Source: Tubiluchus corallicola (taxonomy: Eukaryota > Animalia > Priapulida). From it: a stretch of 64,000 bases of DNA. The stretch covers positions 312,282 to 376,281 of the forward strand of contig JAQGDQ010000016.1 in the NCBI GenBank assembly GCA_030141605.1, given 5' to 3'. The notes beneath the pieces are model-generated. The model was not told where the DNA came from. It worked only from the letters and a program-made list of their open reading frames with translations, and did no database searches. Below, one piece after another: positions 41,801 to 55,850 of the stretch (positions within the stretch are counted from its first letter, which is position 1; each line of letters opens with the position of its first letter). Made by a program: the position numbers and the translations under genes.

Positions 41801-44799
41801 AAAACTATTTGGGTTATTTCACAAAACATTGTGATATTTCGCGAACTATTGCAATATTTCACAAAAATTTTCTGATACTGTATTTCGCAAGTTGCAGACA
41901 ATTTGAAACGGAACATTGAACCTTTGAAACGTATGAAACTTTGCTTCAAAAACAAATTTTTTGAGTACGTTAAACGAACAAGGTTAAAACTGCCGCTTTT
42001 GTTCACAGATACCCTCACAATTTACTTTCCCCGATATCGGTTGGCTATTTTGAAGAAAAGACGTGGTGTAGTTAGCCACTTATCCAGTTTGCTATCAGTT
42101 TCAAAATTTAAAAGTACTTGAAAATATTCTTTACACCAGCAGTATAATTGACCAAATTTATGTTACAATAAACGGAGACACTGCTGACAAACAACCTCTT
42201 CTATTCAATGACTTTAACATCAAACCCACGCAAATATATGTTAATTTTGGGGCTGTGATTTGATTACAGTTCTGTAATTACAAATCAGTTAGCGGCCAAC
42301 CAAAAACCTCGTCCTTAAAGTTTCACGTATTTATAAATAAAAATGAAAACTACCCGTTTTGGATTAACAAAAAGTTCAAGATTATGCACTACTTGCATTT
42401 TTTTATAACATTGAAACCTGGAATTCTGATGTATCTTCAGCCTTGCCTTACGCCAATTACCTGGAAGACTCTCAAATCTTTGCTTGGTGTCAGAGTGCAC
42501 AGTGAAGACATTGTCAGCCAGGCTGTCATAGCTTTAAAACATGGTTAACGGCCCTCCAGATGAAATCACAAGAACCATCAATGCATTATTTCAGATCACG
42601 AGAAATTTGAATGCAAACCTAACAAAGTGTTTTACCAGTTTACCAGCTGGGAGTCACATAGATTATCAAGTTAAAGTCGAGCGACAGATGGAAAGAATTG
42701 GTTACTGTTAGTGGCTTATCTAAGAAGATGGCGTTTAATCACTCCCTAAGGCCGCCTATGATACGACGCAATACGAATTGCACAAGTACCAATGTGGACT
42801 ATGTAATAAATATTTTACAGATGTTGCTCCGATCTCATGCTAAAAATGGTAACGCAATACAAAGAAATAAATGCGGTTTCTCTCTGTTTCTTGATATAAG
42901 AAGTCGTAAGATTTAATTAAACAAATTAGGATACTGTAGTTTCAAAAGAACCCATTGGATGACTGTAGCCAGTACAGCCTATGTGCTGTTTACAAAATAT
43001 TACGGCCTATTTTCATTGCATGTGAAAGAGCTCTACATGTTTCAGACAATATTTATTATTGCTTTGGTTGAAACAATTACATTTCTATCACATGGGGCAT
43101 ATAAAAGCTTTCCGCTAAACTTTAAACGAAGAATTGACCAAAGCTGTCATATGTTCAAAATTACCAAAATTACTAGTAATAAGTAATAATAAAATATATT
43201 TGTAATAAGTTGATGTTTTCATCTATAGGAATATTGTCATTCTGGTTTAATGAAAGAAATTCGGGACTCACCACTTATTTCGACTTATTACCCACCCCAT
43301 CCTGTGTTAACTTTACTTCCGATGCAGAAATACAAATTCCGGCAGATGACTTTTTCTTTGTAACTAACATTGTACACTGGAGAAAATAAACTTCAATGCT
43401 TTTTCAGCAGCATTATAAGCAAAAACGATCCGTAATATAGAATAATAATGGGCCTTACAGGCCTTGTACAAAAACATGTATATAATATTGAAGTGCAGGT
43501 GGGACTTCGACGACAAGGACCTGGTTCGCTACCAGCAGATGAGGTAGCCGATTAGTTTAACTCGTCAGACATCAGTATTCGAAACAGCGGATTGGTAACT
43601 ACGGAAAACCGGTATCTTAATTAACAGATTACATGAAAAGGTTTCAAAGTATAACGACGAAATAGATTTTGACGCTGCCGTGGATCAGTAATAAAGCTAC
43701 AATATACCGCGTATATATACTGGCCATATGTATAAATTTGGCCTCCGTTTTGCATCCGATGGCCTACATTTTGCGTGAAAAGGCTGTTCACTACAATTTT
43801 TTGAGGTAATTTAAAAAAAACATCTAGCCTACTGGAGATTTGTGTATCGTCATAGTGTTGCAAAGTTTAATTAACAGAAATAAAGTAATTATTATCATAA
43901 AAAACAGTGCCTATTATATTCTTTCTATAATCATTACTTAATAAACTTTTTCTATAGTTATAATAACAACAAAAGTAATGTTGTTAAGAATAATATTACT
44001 GTAAGTGGATTAATTCGTGAAAGAGATGAGTGTAAAAACACAGACTTAACTACCTGGAATGCTTCTGCAGCTTCTGAATTACATAGATTACATGATTAAT
44101 CTCGCTTGTTGCAGTAAAATCTAGTATATTTTTATATTTTAGATCAATATTTCGATATTACATCCTTCTCAAGAATATGTAGCCAAAAAGATCATGTTCA
44201 CTTTCTTAGATTAATATTATTGATAAAATATGCAACAAGCGAGGTTATTTATTTTAAACACAGACTTCAATGCACTTCCTGTAGTTGCTAATTTTCAAGG
44301 TCAACATTTTATGACCTTTCCTACGTGATTCATCTGCCTTAAATAAATTGTTTATTTAATCATTTGTGCAAATTCTAAATTCTACCCTCTTTCGCCGAAT
44401 CAACAACAATTTAGGTGGAACACTTTTTAGAATAGAGCCAAGTTTGTTTTTATTAGCGAAACCAAACAACCGATTGATGTCCAAAATGCGGTGAATTAGC
44501 TCCATCAATTTCAAGAAAACAAATTTTTCCGAACTATTTAGTAGTATGTTGACATTCTTGTCTGCACCGAAAAAAGTAAACTAACCAATAAGAGCGTGGT
44601 TATTAGAATTGCTGTATAGGAACACTACTGGCACCTAAAGCGATGAAACGTTGATGTACTGAATGGGTTATCTTGGATTTCTGCAAGTTAGTTCTGCATT
44701 CTTTCGATAATCATGCATATTTCAAACAAATATACACGGTGGAAGCACAGGGAAAATGACTTGGGGGAGAGATTCTGATTTCCCAAGTCAGAGAAATTG

Positions 44800-44950
44800 A
44801 TTTATTTGACAGTACTTTGCCAGAGGTTTAATACGATGCTTCTTTTGCCTTGAATTGGTGGATCCTGCCATTTTAATAGTGCTTTTGCAGAAATTTGGCA
44901 ACTCTTCCCAATGTGGCCAAACGCAAAAAACATTAGCTAAACCTGGTGCT
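44800..44950 (-). mobile_element. Probable degraded RTE-like LINE C-terminal remnant
   Basis: Minus frame FFAFGHIGKSCQISAKALLKWQDPPIQGKRS resembles the RTE L.WFGHI.R....K..L.W.P..GKR motif. Confidence 0.4.
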
Positions 44951-45524
44951 TCACTTTTGTAAAATAAAATGATCATTTTAAATGCAAATCATCTTTATTC
45001 ATCGCGTGATTTGCTTTTATAGCGATTCCATTAATGATTTTACACTCGTCTGCTTATGAATCGCTGATCTAAACGTCGAAATTAATGAGTTTTTCGGAAA
45101 AAAAGTCGCGCTATTATTCCTAGACTACTTGTGTATTGCAGCAAGCAATGTCAAATCTGCTTCTTAATTACTGGCTTCTCAATACAGATTTGTCTCAGCA
45201 TGCGTCATATCGGTTTCAATGTAAGTCAATACTTAATTCAGGTAATTACTTGTTTACTCATGAAAGTAGTAGTTGTATCTGCGTTTGCAAATGATATATT
45301 TAATATGTTTCCTGTAATATGTCCATATCTTTCCTTAGGGGAATTTTCTGGTGATATTACTGTTGATATGCACGCTGCACGGTGATAAAAACTAATTCAG
45401 AATCATTTTCAGAATGATGTCTTTTCTAGTAAAAAAGTTACACCTTCATGATGCCAATTGTGACTGGCATGTGGCTGCACACGCATGCGCAGGCATAAAC
45501 ATGTATTGCATATGTACATCTGGT

Positions 45525-45780
45525 TTAAAACACGAGAAGATCCCCAGAGTTAGAACATATATCATTCAGTTAGACGCACACACACGGCCTCAAGCAGGTA
45601 AATATGCGCATATGTGCAAGACGATATAAAACCGACAAAAGTCCCAGTGTTAGAACAGAGCTATATCATTCGGTTAGATACATCCGCGTCTGCATACATG
45701 TGCGCGTGTATGCAGGTAGATATAAAGCACGAGAAGATCTCAGAGTCAGAATAGATATCGTTCAATCAGATTCACACGCT
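45525..45780 (+). repeat. Diverged ~97-bp tandem repeat, ~2.6 copies
   Basis: taaa.cacgagaagatc.cagagttagaaca.atatcattc.gttaga recurs at ~45526, ~45626 and ~45721. Confidence 0.75.
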
Positions 45781-45899
45781 TTCGCAAGCACATTTTTCTG
45801 ACTTTTGATAACTGCGATTTTGCATAAAGTATTGTACCCGAACTGGTGTCTCAGCCTGTTATGCAAAACAGCATTTAAATCCGATCAGTTTTGGTTTCA

Positions 45900-46187
45900 G
45901 GGAGCCTGCACTATCTTGCCCTTTGCAGTACCTGTTATGTTGTTCTGCCTCTTTGTTCTGTAAAGGATGCTCTCAGAATCTCTCACGATTCGATCTTAAA
46001 TGCCTACAATTTGGTAGCTCCTCGTTTTACTGCTTCTTGTATGTTTCTAACTTGGACATTTCCAGAGGCTGAACATCTGCTTATGAGCCAGTTTTTTACC
46101 GGGTTACTTATCTGCGGAATTCTTTACAAGAGCATTATAATTATAACTTCTCTTGCTTTAAGATATCGCATTACCCATCAGCACTAG
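45900..46187 (-). mobile_element. Old RTE-clade LINE remnant
   Basis: Minus strand gives SADG*CD../KAR and TKL*AFKIES*EILRASFTEQRGRTT*QVLQRA. This matches RTE T.DG.C..EI..R ... KLEAFEMW..RRILRISWTE..TNEEVL.R. Confidence 0.6.
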
Positions 46188-47148
46188 CAAATTGGTCACA
46201 ATTGTATGCCTGCATTAATATTTTCATTTTTTAACCGGAGCCCGTACTTTAAGTAGCCAATTGTCTTGCTTGGGCAGACTGGGAAAATAAGTTCTCTATA
46301 TAAATTTGCAAAATCTTTATGTTTTTTTTTAATTTGCTTGTGGCAAAGAAAGTTAGCAAGCATTTGAAGAACTATATAGATTAATAATTGTTTGGCTAGG
46401 TTACTTTAATCGTTCATATATGCTGTATTTTGTTAAAGAGCTGTTACGTGCTACAAACACAGCAAATGTGTTTTTTATTTTGGAACTTCGTTCTCCTAGC
46501 GCACATTCACTGTTTTGGTTATTGACTCAATAATGTTTATGTTCACTCTACATAAATAAGACGCAGACTAAAATGATGACGCGTGCAGTTTAGAACTGAT
46601 TCAGCCATAAGAAATTTCCTTCTTGTATGTGCAAACGTACAAACTGTGACGTCTTGTGGATGCTCTTAACTTCGGAAAGTTACAAAAAGGTGTTTTTCTC
46701 GCTATTTTCATTACAAAGCAAGATATCAATGGAATAAAATCTTTTAAGTACGAAATGTAATATTTTCGTCGCGCGTTTTATCCCATCGATCAGCCTTTTG
46801 CGCAAGCAAACTACATTATGTAGTGTAGTGAGTCTAGTGAAAGCACATCCCTAATAGATTAGAAAAACTAGTCGTTTGAGATGGTTCTTCTTTCATCGTG
46901 CTATTTTTGCGAAAGTTACAATAGTATCCAGTGCGTGGCAAATGTAAATTGGAATCATAATTCTTTAACGATCCAAAAAACATACAAGAAATAACGACAA
47001 TAATATGTGAAGAAGCGTGGTGACTGGACGCGTAAAAAAGAAATATCATTTGTGTAATTTGAAAGCTGCGCCTGCGTGGTTCTGACTGAATGTGTGCTTC
47101 CAGGGTGATCCCAGACAGCTCTGAGGTGGTGAGATCTCAAGCCATGTT

Positions 47149-47262
47149 TGAGTCAGTATTCCAAATTGTAGAGCATGAAAGCACAGGTTCTGGGTCAAAT
47201 CCGGGTTGACTCACAAATTTTCAGCCCCTCCTTCAATTAATTGGCCGAAACGGCTAATTGTT
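47149..47262 (+). mobile_element. tRNA-like SINE-type repeat, family A (copy lacking part of the anticodon arm)
   Basis: 7-bp acceptor-like stem tgagtca (47149-55)/tgactca (47207-13), gtagagca, B-box-like gggtcaaatcc, T-run, then hairpin aattggccg-aaa-cggctaatt. Confidence 0.65.
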
Positions 47263-47630
47263 GTAAGCGTAAGAAATATTTGTGAAAGCTTGATAGTAGT
47301 TTGTGATTCTTCTAGAGTAATTGAATAGAAGTTTTAATGACCTTTCAGCTGTCTGCAGCTTGGAAAATTGGCATAAATTGATTAAGTAACTAGTTATATT
47401 AGTTGTAGCATAAAAACATGCGAGTCGCCATTTTCCCATAAATGCATTTATCCACGTCTTTTTAATCGTGTTTAGTACATGCCTGAAGTGTTCTGAGCGC
47501 AACGTGCATAGAACGTTTGCGTGAGGATTGAATTAATCATTTTCTGAAGAAAATCTCATTTTCACTTTTAGATCTAACCCAATCGGTCGAGAAGCCAAGC
47601 TGAATGTCCGTTGTCACACAGTGACTGCAC

Positions 47631-47746
47631 TGCCTCTAAACATTACACAGACACTGCACCGTGTGCCTCTAAATCATTACACAGACACTGCACCATGTGC
47701 CTCTAAGTCATTACACAGACACTGCACCACGTGCCTCTAAATCATT
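47631..47746 (+). repeat. 34-bp minisatellite, ~3.5 copies
   Basis: Unit tgcctctaaatcattacacagacactgcaccgtg repeated head-to-tail without spacers. Confidence 0.92.
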
Positions 47747-49779
47747 AGAAGAGAAATACCGAATTTTACTGTCATAGAACTTTACTGCTTATATGAAAGA
47801 AGTCCATTGTTCTCGGGCGGAAAAAATAAACTTTTAAATTCAAAAGGTCAGAGCCAGAAGCCATGTAAGAGCAGCATAGCGACATTTTGAATAAGAAAGT
47901 ACAGCCTTGGCCTGAATTCAATACGTGGGTGGTTTAATGCAGACCAGTTCGAACTAAACCTTTGAGAATGTCCGCTTGTTCATAGAGGATTTCTTGCTGT
48001 TGTTGACATTTATTAAGCAATTCATATCATGCGACTAACAGCAGGCCGACCATAGTTTGTCATGATCAAAAGCGAGAAGAGTTGAAGAAAATTTTTCCTC
48101 TTAAACGGATAATTGAATGTTTTTATCATGTCAAATTCACGCGCACAAGTGCAGCTGATGCTGCTGTTCGAAGCAGGTAAACCAAGTTGTTTGGGATTTT
48201 CAAAAGCCGTGTAAATATAGTGAGACGTGACTGGAACAAGAGTAGCCCTATAGAATTTTTAAGAGTCGCGAAGAGTTCACTGTTTGCAATTTCTCCTTCT
48301 TTTTTGTTAAGTGTGTAGGCTATAATAGGCGACGATTCCTGCGTCATCTAAGAATATATAAGTGTTAGTCCTACTTTTAATCAACTTCCCCTAAACAAGG
48401 ACAATGGCTACTCAACCCAAGAAGCTACAGTCGATAGATGAAAATATTACTGTATGTTCAGAGAAACAGAGTATATTCCACCTAATCATTTCCAAAATCA
48501 TAAGTACATTATAGAAAAATTGCTAGAAAGTGGAATCGATTGCCCAATTTCACGAGATATTAATTTTATGCATATGTGAGGCTGTGTGTTAGCTGAAAAA
48601 CATAATTGAAATAAGGAATTATTGAAATTATTGACAACCATGAATATCTTTAGACCAACCCAAGCGCTAAGATTAATTGCACGAAGGCTGGGTTCTAAGA
48701 TAGCACATAGTTAATCCGCTTCACTAATTAATGGCGGAAATGACGGGTTAGACAATTTCAGATACTCTTGTTGTTGCCTCTAAATTAGTACTACTTGACG
48801 CACGACTTAATAAAGCAGTTAGACTAAAATTGTTGCTTTTTTGTACGATAATAATATAACTTAATGTAATGCGGTAGTTCGTCTATAATGTTTTGTCAAA
48901 ACAATAATTCTGTCTCGCAAAGTGCGCCTATTTTTGCCAATTCTCAACTTCCTCGAATGTTAAACGAAGGACGTCGCAAGATTTGGTGATAAAGTTTTTC
49001 TATGAGACTGGCAATATAAGCTTCCTATAAAATTCGCATTTGTTAAGCGTTTGAGTATTTTCAAATTAACATTGATGAAATCCAGGCTTGAGTTAGACAA
49101 GCGGGAATTTCTGTGAAGACAAGTTTGAGGCTTAGTGAAGCCAGATGCTTCTGTGATGGACTACAAGTGGAGGCAGCTTCTTGCAATGACAAGCCCGAAT
49201 TCGGTAGATCCGATTTAGCTGCGTCAGCTGATCCTATTAATGTCTGAAACAGCACAGAGGGTTTATGGGATGATATAGTTTTATGTACTACAGAGCGGTT
49301 CTTTGTTCATGTTCTCTCTAAGAGAATTTTAGATTGATGAGGTTATAGTTGATAACATCTGCGACTTATACGACAGGGCTATAACTGAGCCCTGATGAAT
49401 TCTGGATTTTGAGAAATAACGTTTGAAGTTGATTTTGATAAAACAAAATCTAAATTAAACACGTTCACTTATTACCCGCCCAGCAATTTCATTCGCTAAT
49501 TAGAGCAAATGGAAAATATTAAAGGTAATGAATGATAAGTAACCTCTTTTCGAGAATCTATCGTGCTGAATATAATATTTCTGCAGAGTAGAAAAAGTTA
49601 GTGTGCTTAATATTACCCCCAAATCAAGTGCACAAAAACTTTACTGACACTAATTAGACGGATTATAATAGTGCCGGAAACGTTGGTATTGATAGTGGCG
49701 ATGACTGTTGGACGAGTCATGTTCAAACAATGGTTGTTTTACTTTAATTTGCAAAACTAGTCTGTGATTGATGAGCAAC

Positions 49780-49966
49780 ATTATCATTATCGTCATCGTC
49801 ATCATCACCATTATCATCATCATTAATAGCATCAAAATCATCGACACCATCATCATCGTCATCATTGTCGTCATCGTCACCTTTATCACCGTCAGCGTCA
49901 TTTTCATTATCAATTATTATCATCACCATCATCATCATCATCATCGTCGTCGTCGTCGTCATCATC
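49780..49966 (+). repeat. Degenerate (CAT/CGT)n tract
   Basis: Directly visible. Confidence 0.9.
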
Positions 49967-51099
49967 GACAGAATTTGTGTGATCCGGAAACAATGAAATT
50001 ATACTTCATGCTAACTGCAAGATTATTGTATTCACTTGTATCTTTTAGATTTATGTTTTTCTGAGTTTATAAAACTTAAAAATAGCACAATATTCATTTT
50101 AATGATCTGATTGCGCTGAATGGAATGATAAACTATGCTAATCGTACAATGCGCTGTCAACACTTTATTGCAAGATGCTGATGTAAGCGTTGTGGAATGT
50201 ACAGAGTTCAATTTGGTGGAATATTTACACAGTTTAAAGTTTAAATGAGGGGGGAGTCGTTTAGTCAAGAAAATCCGACATTTTATTGCTGACTGTAAGA
50301 TTGCCGAATTGATAAAATGCAGTAAAAAGTAATTGATTTTTTATGATAGCCTTGTTACAGGGTGTTTCCCAAGTCCCTCGTGATTTTTAAAAGTCTGCTA
50401 AAATAATAGTTACAGTAGCATGCGTCTCGATTTGGTTACTGAGTTTGCGATTCATGAGAATTCTGACGACATTAAAAGTGGCTCCATTGAATTCGATGCA
50501 GAAATATACGTAAATCATAAATATTTTGAAAACATTGTGCAGAAAAAATTAAAGACGTATTTTAAAAGAAATGACAAAGAAAAGTAAGTATCTTGAATAG
50601 CTCATATTAGAGGATTATTCTTTTTAAAGAAATAGGGCTTGCCCCATAACAATCAACATGAAAAATCTGACAGTTTAGGGCATTATAGAAACCAAAAATC
50701 CTTGACAGCTTTTTAATTCTCATTGACACTCGTTTTTCCTTGACATACTTGATTGTCCTTGACGTCAATTAGTAGGACCAATCGAAAGAGTCAACAGTAT
50801 TTTGAAAGTTAACAACGAAACGCATTTGGACACGATAAGCTGAAAATCTATTTTACTATCGACTTATAATTGGAGCAACAAATCAGCCACAAAGCGTTTG
50901 TTTGATGTGAAGTATTTAATTTCTCATTGCAGCAGTTGCAAAACCTTAATAAATATGTTGTTATTATTGCTCATTAAACAGGATACTTTAATAAAAATTT
51001 CATTCACTCAGCATGTATTATTATTTTTAAAAAAGTTATTTTAATTAACCAAAAAATTTATTACAGAAAAATGTTCCTGTTTTAATTGGTGCAAACTAT

Positions 51100-51540
51100 T
51101 GTCATCACCATCACCGGCACCAGCTGCCGCCGCCGCCGCCGCCGCCGCCGCCGTCGTCACTACCACCACCACCACCACCACCGTCGTCATCATCACCGAT
51201 ACTACGATTGTCGTCACTGTCGTCGTCATCATGTCATTCTCGTAATTATTGTCACCAATAAATTTTGGTTCGATTCTGACAGTTTAACTGAACAAGATGA
51301 GCGCAGCAGAGCAAAATACTACAGTAGAACGAAATATATGGGGAACTTAATGAAAGGAAAAGGTAGAAACGAAGAAAAAGAGAAGAAAAAGAAGAAGAAG
51401 AAAGGCTAACGGTTCAAGAACAGACAAAAGAAAAAAGAAAATATGAAAAGAATTAGATGAAAGTAAAAAAATCAAAAAAGAAGAGAAGAACAACAGAAGA
51501 ACAGAACACGAGGAAACAAAAAATGAAAGAAGAGGGAATG
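51100..51540 (+). repeat. Compound (GCC)n/(CAC)n/(CGT)n microsatellite followed by an A/G-rich tract
   Basis: Directly visible (51100-51235 and 51350-51540). Confidence 0.9.
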
Positions 51541-52185
51541 AAAACTTAAAATAGTGCAATGATGAGCATTAAAGACTATTTCAGTGAGACCACCACGATA
51601 AAAATGAGAATAAGAACCAAGAGAATATTGATGTTATTGTCCACTAATGAAAACGTATGAGATGGTTCTAAATCCTTGGCAGCTTTCACTAAAATTTATA
51701 TTACAGTTAAGCAATGTAAGAAAATAAAAGCAACTACATACTTTTGGCCGCTAAATTATTTTGAGCCTTAAAAGTGTCCTCTGTATTTGAGTTGAACAAT
51801 GGTGAGTTTTAGCCAGTCAATTCTTGAAATACGTTTCCTATTGAGAGATTTTCTTTCCCAGTCAAAGGCGGTCAAGGAAGCGAAGTTCTACAGTTTGGGG
51901 CGCCGACTTGCAGTTGGTTCGTATTCTGGGAAGATCAGAGATAAACTTTTATGAAGAGCATATTTTTTCTAGACTTACACAGGATGTGAGGCTGTAAAGT
52001 GAGCGCCGCCGGTATACAGAGCAAGCGGGTCCATTTGCTAAAAATCTATTTAAAATAAACTACTAAGATGTTGAGACAGCAGCTTCTTATGGGCTTCTAT
52101 AAAGCATTACCGAGTTTTAAATGCTCACAAGTTGAACCATAGTTATTATAAGTGATGGTAAAACCCACCACGACCCACAAACTTG

Positions 52186-52270
52186 GATTGTCATGATAGG
52201 ATAGAGTTTACTTGTAAACATCAGGTACCTGGTTCAAATCCAGGCTGTTTCAACTTTTTCACATTTCTTG
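52186..52270 (+). mobile_element. tRNA-derived SINE-like repeat, family B
   Basis: T-arm cctggttcaaatccagg with a perfect B-box GGTTCAAATCC and a downstream T-run. Homologous to 37144-37233. Confidence 0.55.
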
Positions 52271-54839
52271 TATTGCAAGTTCACCTTCAAAATTAAATTA
52301 ATTAACGGTTTGCCCCACCGTTAATAATAACCTAGATATTTTTGATCTTCTTGATAATCCTGATCAAGACAGGTTTGAAAAATATAAATAGATCTACTTT
52401 TAGGATTTAAGACATTTAAAAAGCTTTCACTCATTTAAATAATTTTATTAAAAAATTTAAAGTTAAACAATTATAACACTTTGGCACCTGTACGTGCTTA
52501 TTACGGCTTAGGTGGCCTTTTCTTTCCAAGTGTGCACACATTTGTAGTAGTTTTCTGTAAATATGAGTCATATAATCATTTCAGAATGAACAAACAACAA
52601 AAACCTGAGATCTTACAGAGAAATATTAATCTTGTCAGTACTGAATACATCTATACAAGCCAGTAGAAGCTGGACCTTTAAACTGTAACATAATTTTTTT
52701 GAGATTTTGAGAATGATTTTATGCTAAGTTTTATACCAACTTTGTGCATCTTACATCTCCCTTCTCCGAGAGTTTAATAATTATAACAGCTGATAAGTAT
52801 CCCCGCAGATGATTTGAATTAGGCGGAACTTTGCTAATGTAGTAGTGGATGTATAAATATCAAAACTGAAAAAAAAATCCGAAAAAAGTTGTGTGCAGTG
52901 CAAATAGCTTGAAATTGTGACTGGGTTAGCCTAAGCATGATTTCTGCGGTAAATTTGACGAACGTTTCATTTTACTTTCTATAAGTTTCCTACTTTGATA
53001 AGGAAAATCTTAGGTTAACACGCATGGTGACATAAGCATTCTACAATACCTGGAAATTAAGGCAGGATTAATATGGGCTACATTTTTTCAATAAATATAG
53101 TCAGGCAAATTTTTTTGCTCGTAGAAATTTTCATCTTGACAAACTTTTGTTCATCAAAAATTTATTTGTAAAGCGACAGATTCAGTCTGAACGAACCACT
53201 GTCGGTGTTGCTAACTTAGCCAGTTTTATTACTACCTGTTTCAAAACGTACATCCAGAAAGTGATGAGCACAGTGATTTATGAGGTAATTTTGAAGGCTG
53301 TCTCACTTTACTTCAATTCTCATTCTGGTAAACAGTGATTTAGGTTAAGACAGAAGAGGTTTGTTCTAAGTACGCTAATACCCTGCAACTTAGGACGAAA
53401 CTATCTTAATTATTTAGAACTAAATAATTAAATTTATTTAGACTGAATTATTATGTTAGTAATCCGCCGCTAGGACCAATGGTTTTTCTCAAAAGCTGAA
53501 GCTTAGAAAACTAGCCGAGCATGGTAAATAGGCCCTGACAGGAGTCTATGCTGCAGTTTTTTGATCGCACTTAGAGTACAAAATGGTTAAGGACAGAGTT
53601 CCTTCCACTCGGATACATACGCGCTGGGCTTCATCAAGTTTCGACGAAAATAGGCGAGCAAACTGCATTGGATTCTCAAATCTGCTTCCAAAATCTTCCC
53701 GTGTCCGCCACTTTTATATGATCCAGTGACGGCGGTTTACTTTCGAAGAGTGGAGCCAGCTGTAGGAGCATGCTGGACAGATTTACATTTGCAGTTTTAA
53801 TGATCTTCAATTTGCTTACTAGGCTGCAGCTAGGGCCAGGATACCCGGTTTACTAGGTTAGGCGTACCTGGGCACTGGCTGTGACAAAATAGATTTTCAA
53901 TCTACACAGAATTGTAAAAAATAGGATTTCTATGTAAGGGGTACGTCGTTCTATAGGTTTGCCTACCCAAATGTGAACGTTCGTAACATGAAGTCTGACA
54001 TAGGACATCCAAGTGTGACAAAAGATTTGAAAACGACGCAGAGTTTTGACATCTTTTAGGTTAATAGATCCTTACGAGAAGGGAGCATTTTTTGCTAAAT
54101 GCTTAGGTGGCCACTGCTGCCGCTGAATTTTACAATTCAAAACTCGGCAGAAATTAATTTGTGAATGTTAATAAATTAGTTCAGATTATTGGTATCTTAT
54201 TTTCAAGACAGGAAACTTATCGCTAGACATGAAAAATGGCCAGCAGTGCACTAGATGTATGTAAAAAGGTATTGTTTTTATAAAAAAACAAAAACTTATA
54301 GCATTGTATGACGGACTGAGCGTTGAAAAAAATTATGATACATACAGAAGAGTCTAATGTAACGATGCTTTAAAAAAACGCTGCCAAAAAATTTATACGT
54401 TCAGTTTAGCTGCAAGTGCATTTGTCAGGCAAGTCCTTCTAGGTCTGACTACTTGACCATCATGTTCAAGTGCCCTTTTGCATTGCTTTAGTTGCTTACA
54501 TAAATAAACTTAACTAATTTTGTGCAGTCCAAAAACAAAACTAAATTTCATGTATACCGGGTATAGTGTATGTTATCAATAAAAATGTCCATGTCTATGT
54601 TTACATTAATCAACTAAGTTATTGTCCAAGTATAAGCTGTTATTTATTTAACTCTTTTGTAAATGAAATGTAGTCCTCTTCTTTATTGTACTATTGTCAG
54701 ATTCTTTTTTAATCAACATGGAGAATTTTTTGATAACTTACAAGCGAAAACGCCATGAAAACTTAGGCCTAGTTTACATCCACTATGTACTGGAAACTGG
54801 AATGTCCTTATCATTCCAACACATTATATGTAAAGTGGA

Positions 54840-55850
54840 TGTAGGTAAAAATGGCACAATGAAAACAGGTACTGGAAAAAGTGGCACAAATGGACAAGTA
54901 GATAAAAATGGCACAGGTAAGAATTGTACAGAAAAAAAAGGCACGCTTAGGGTTACAGTGGGGGAAGTTATTTTAGTTATTTTTACCTCTGCCAAGAAAG
55001 TTATGCTTCGACACAGTTTGCTTGTCTGTTTGTTTGGTTGTTCTTTGTCTGTTATGGTAGTAAGCCTATTATACAAAAACTATCTAATAGATTTCCAAGA
55101 AACTTTGTGAAGAAAGGCGGGTATACGGTGCCATTATGGGAATCTTTTCACCGGTTCTTTTTCCCAAAACTTGACCGAACACCAAGTACAAAATAAATCG
55201 TAAAACACTTCGCGGAGGTCTCAGTTGGAGTATTTAGTACTTCTGTTTTATCATCTTCATCTAGACAAACAACCACGAGTTAGTTCCAGTTTCATTTCGA
55301 GAAACTCTTGCTAGTAAAACTGTGTAACGTTGTCTGTAACTTTTGCTTATGAATATGTATAGCCTTATAAGATGACTTGGTATATAAATACGTATATATT
55401 TGTCAGTCTATTATCATCGTCAAAATTAATGGTTTAAAAGTGAGATAAACACTATGTGGAACATTCGCGCATTATTGATTGTAAAACTATTTAACGAACA
55501 AATATTTTGTGAGTCTTTTGCTAGTCTGTGTGATACCGATACAGTTACATTTTTGTATGTTTGCTTGTCTATCTTTGTGTTAAATTTTTTTCATCAAAAG
55601 AATCAGACGAATAAGTTTAGGATTGTTCTGCTTTGGCAGAGATCTGCTTTCTACTGAGCGCATTCTAGTTTTATTATACAAATCATCAATTGCATCAAAG
55701 GAACATATGTGCCATTTTTTCATTCTTTTTCATTTGTGCCATTTTTTCTATGCCATTTTTACCTACTTTTCCATTTGTGCCATTTTTTCCTGTGCAACTT
55801 TTACGGTGACATTTTTATTGTGCCATCTTTACCTGTGCCATTTTTACCGC
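54840..55850. mobile_element. Foldback-type element with arms of tandem aaaaatggcaca repeats
   Basis: ggtaaaaatggcaca repeats at 54843-54944 and their inverse tgtgccattttt(acc) at 55708-55850. Confidence 0.8.
54981..55248 (+). mobile_element. Helentron-associated non-autonomous element (HINE/DINE-1-like), nested in the foldback element
   Basis: T-run start, subterminal inverted repeats acctctgccaag (54985-96) and cttcgcggaggt (55208-19), internal (GTTT/GTCT)n tract, caaaaacta...gatttccaagaaactttgtg core, T-rich 3' end. Confidence 0.75.

Noticed and set aside
44140-44215. ISILHP as candidate GPCR exon 2
   Set aside because: Wrong phase relative to the nearby AG, and an early stop with no TM4.
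47631-47746. 34-bp repeat of CRISPR-like length
   Set aside because: Head-to-tail with no spacers, no cas genes, eukaryotic context.
50356-50640. TACAGGGTGT Tc1/mariner-like left end
   Set aside because: No matching right TIR found.
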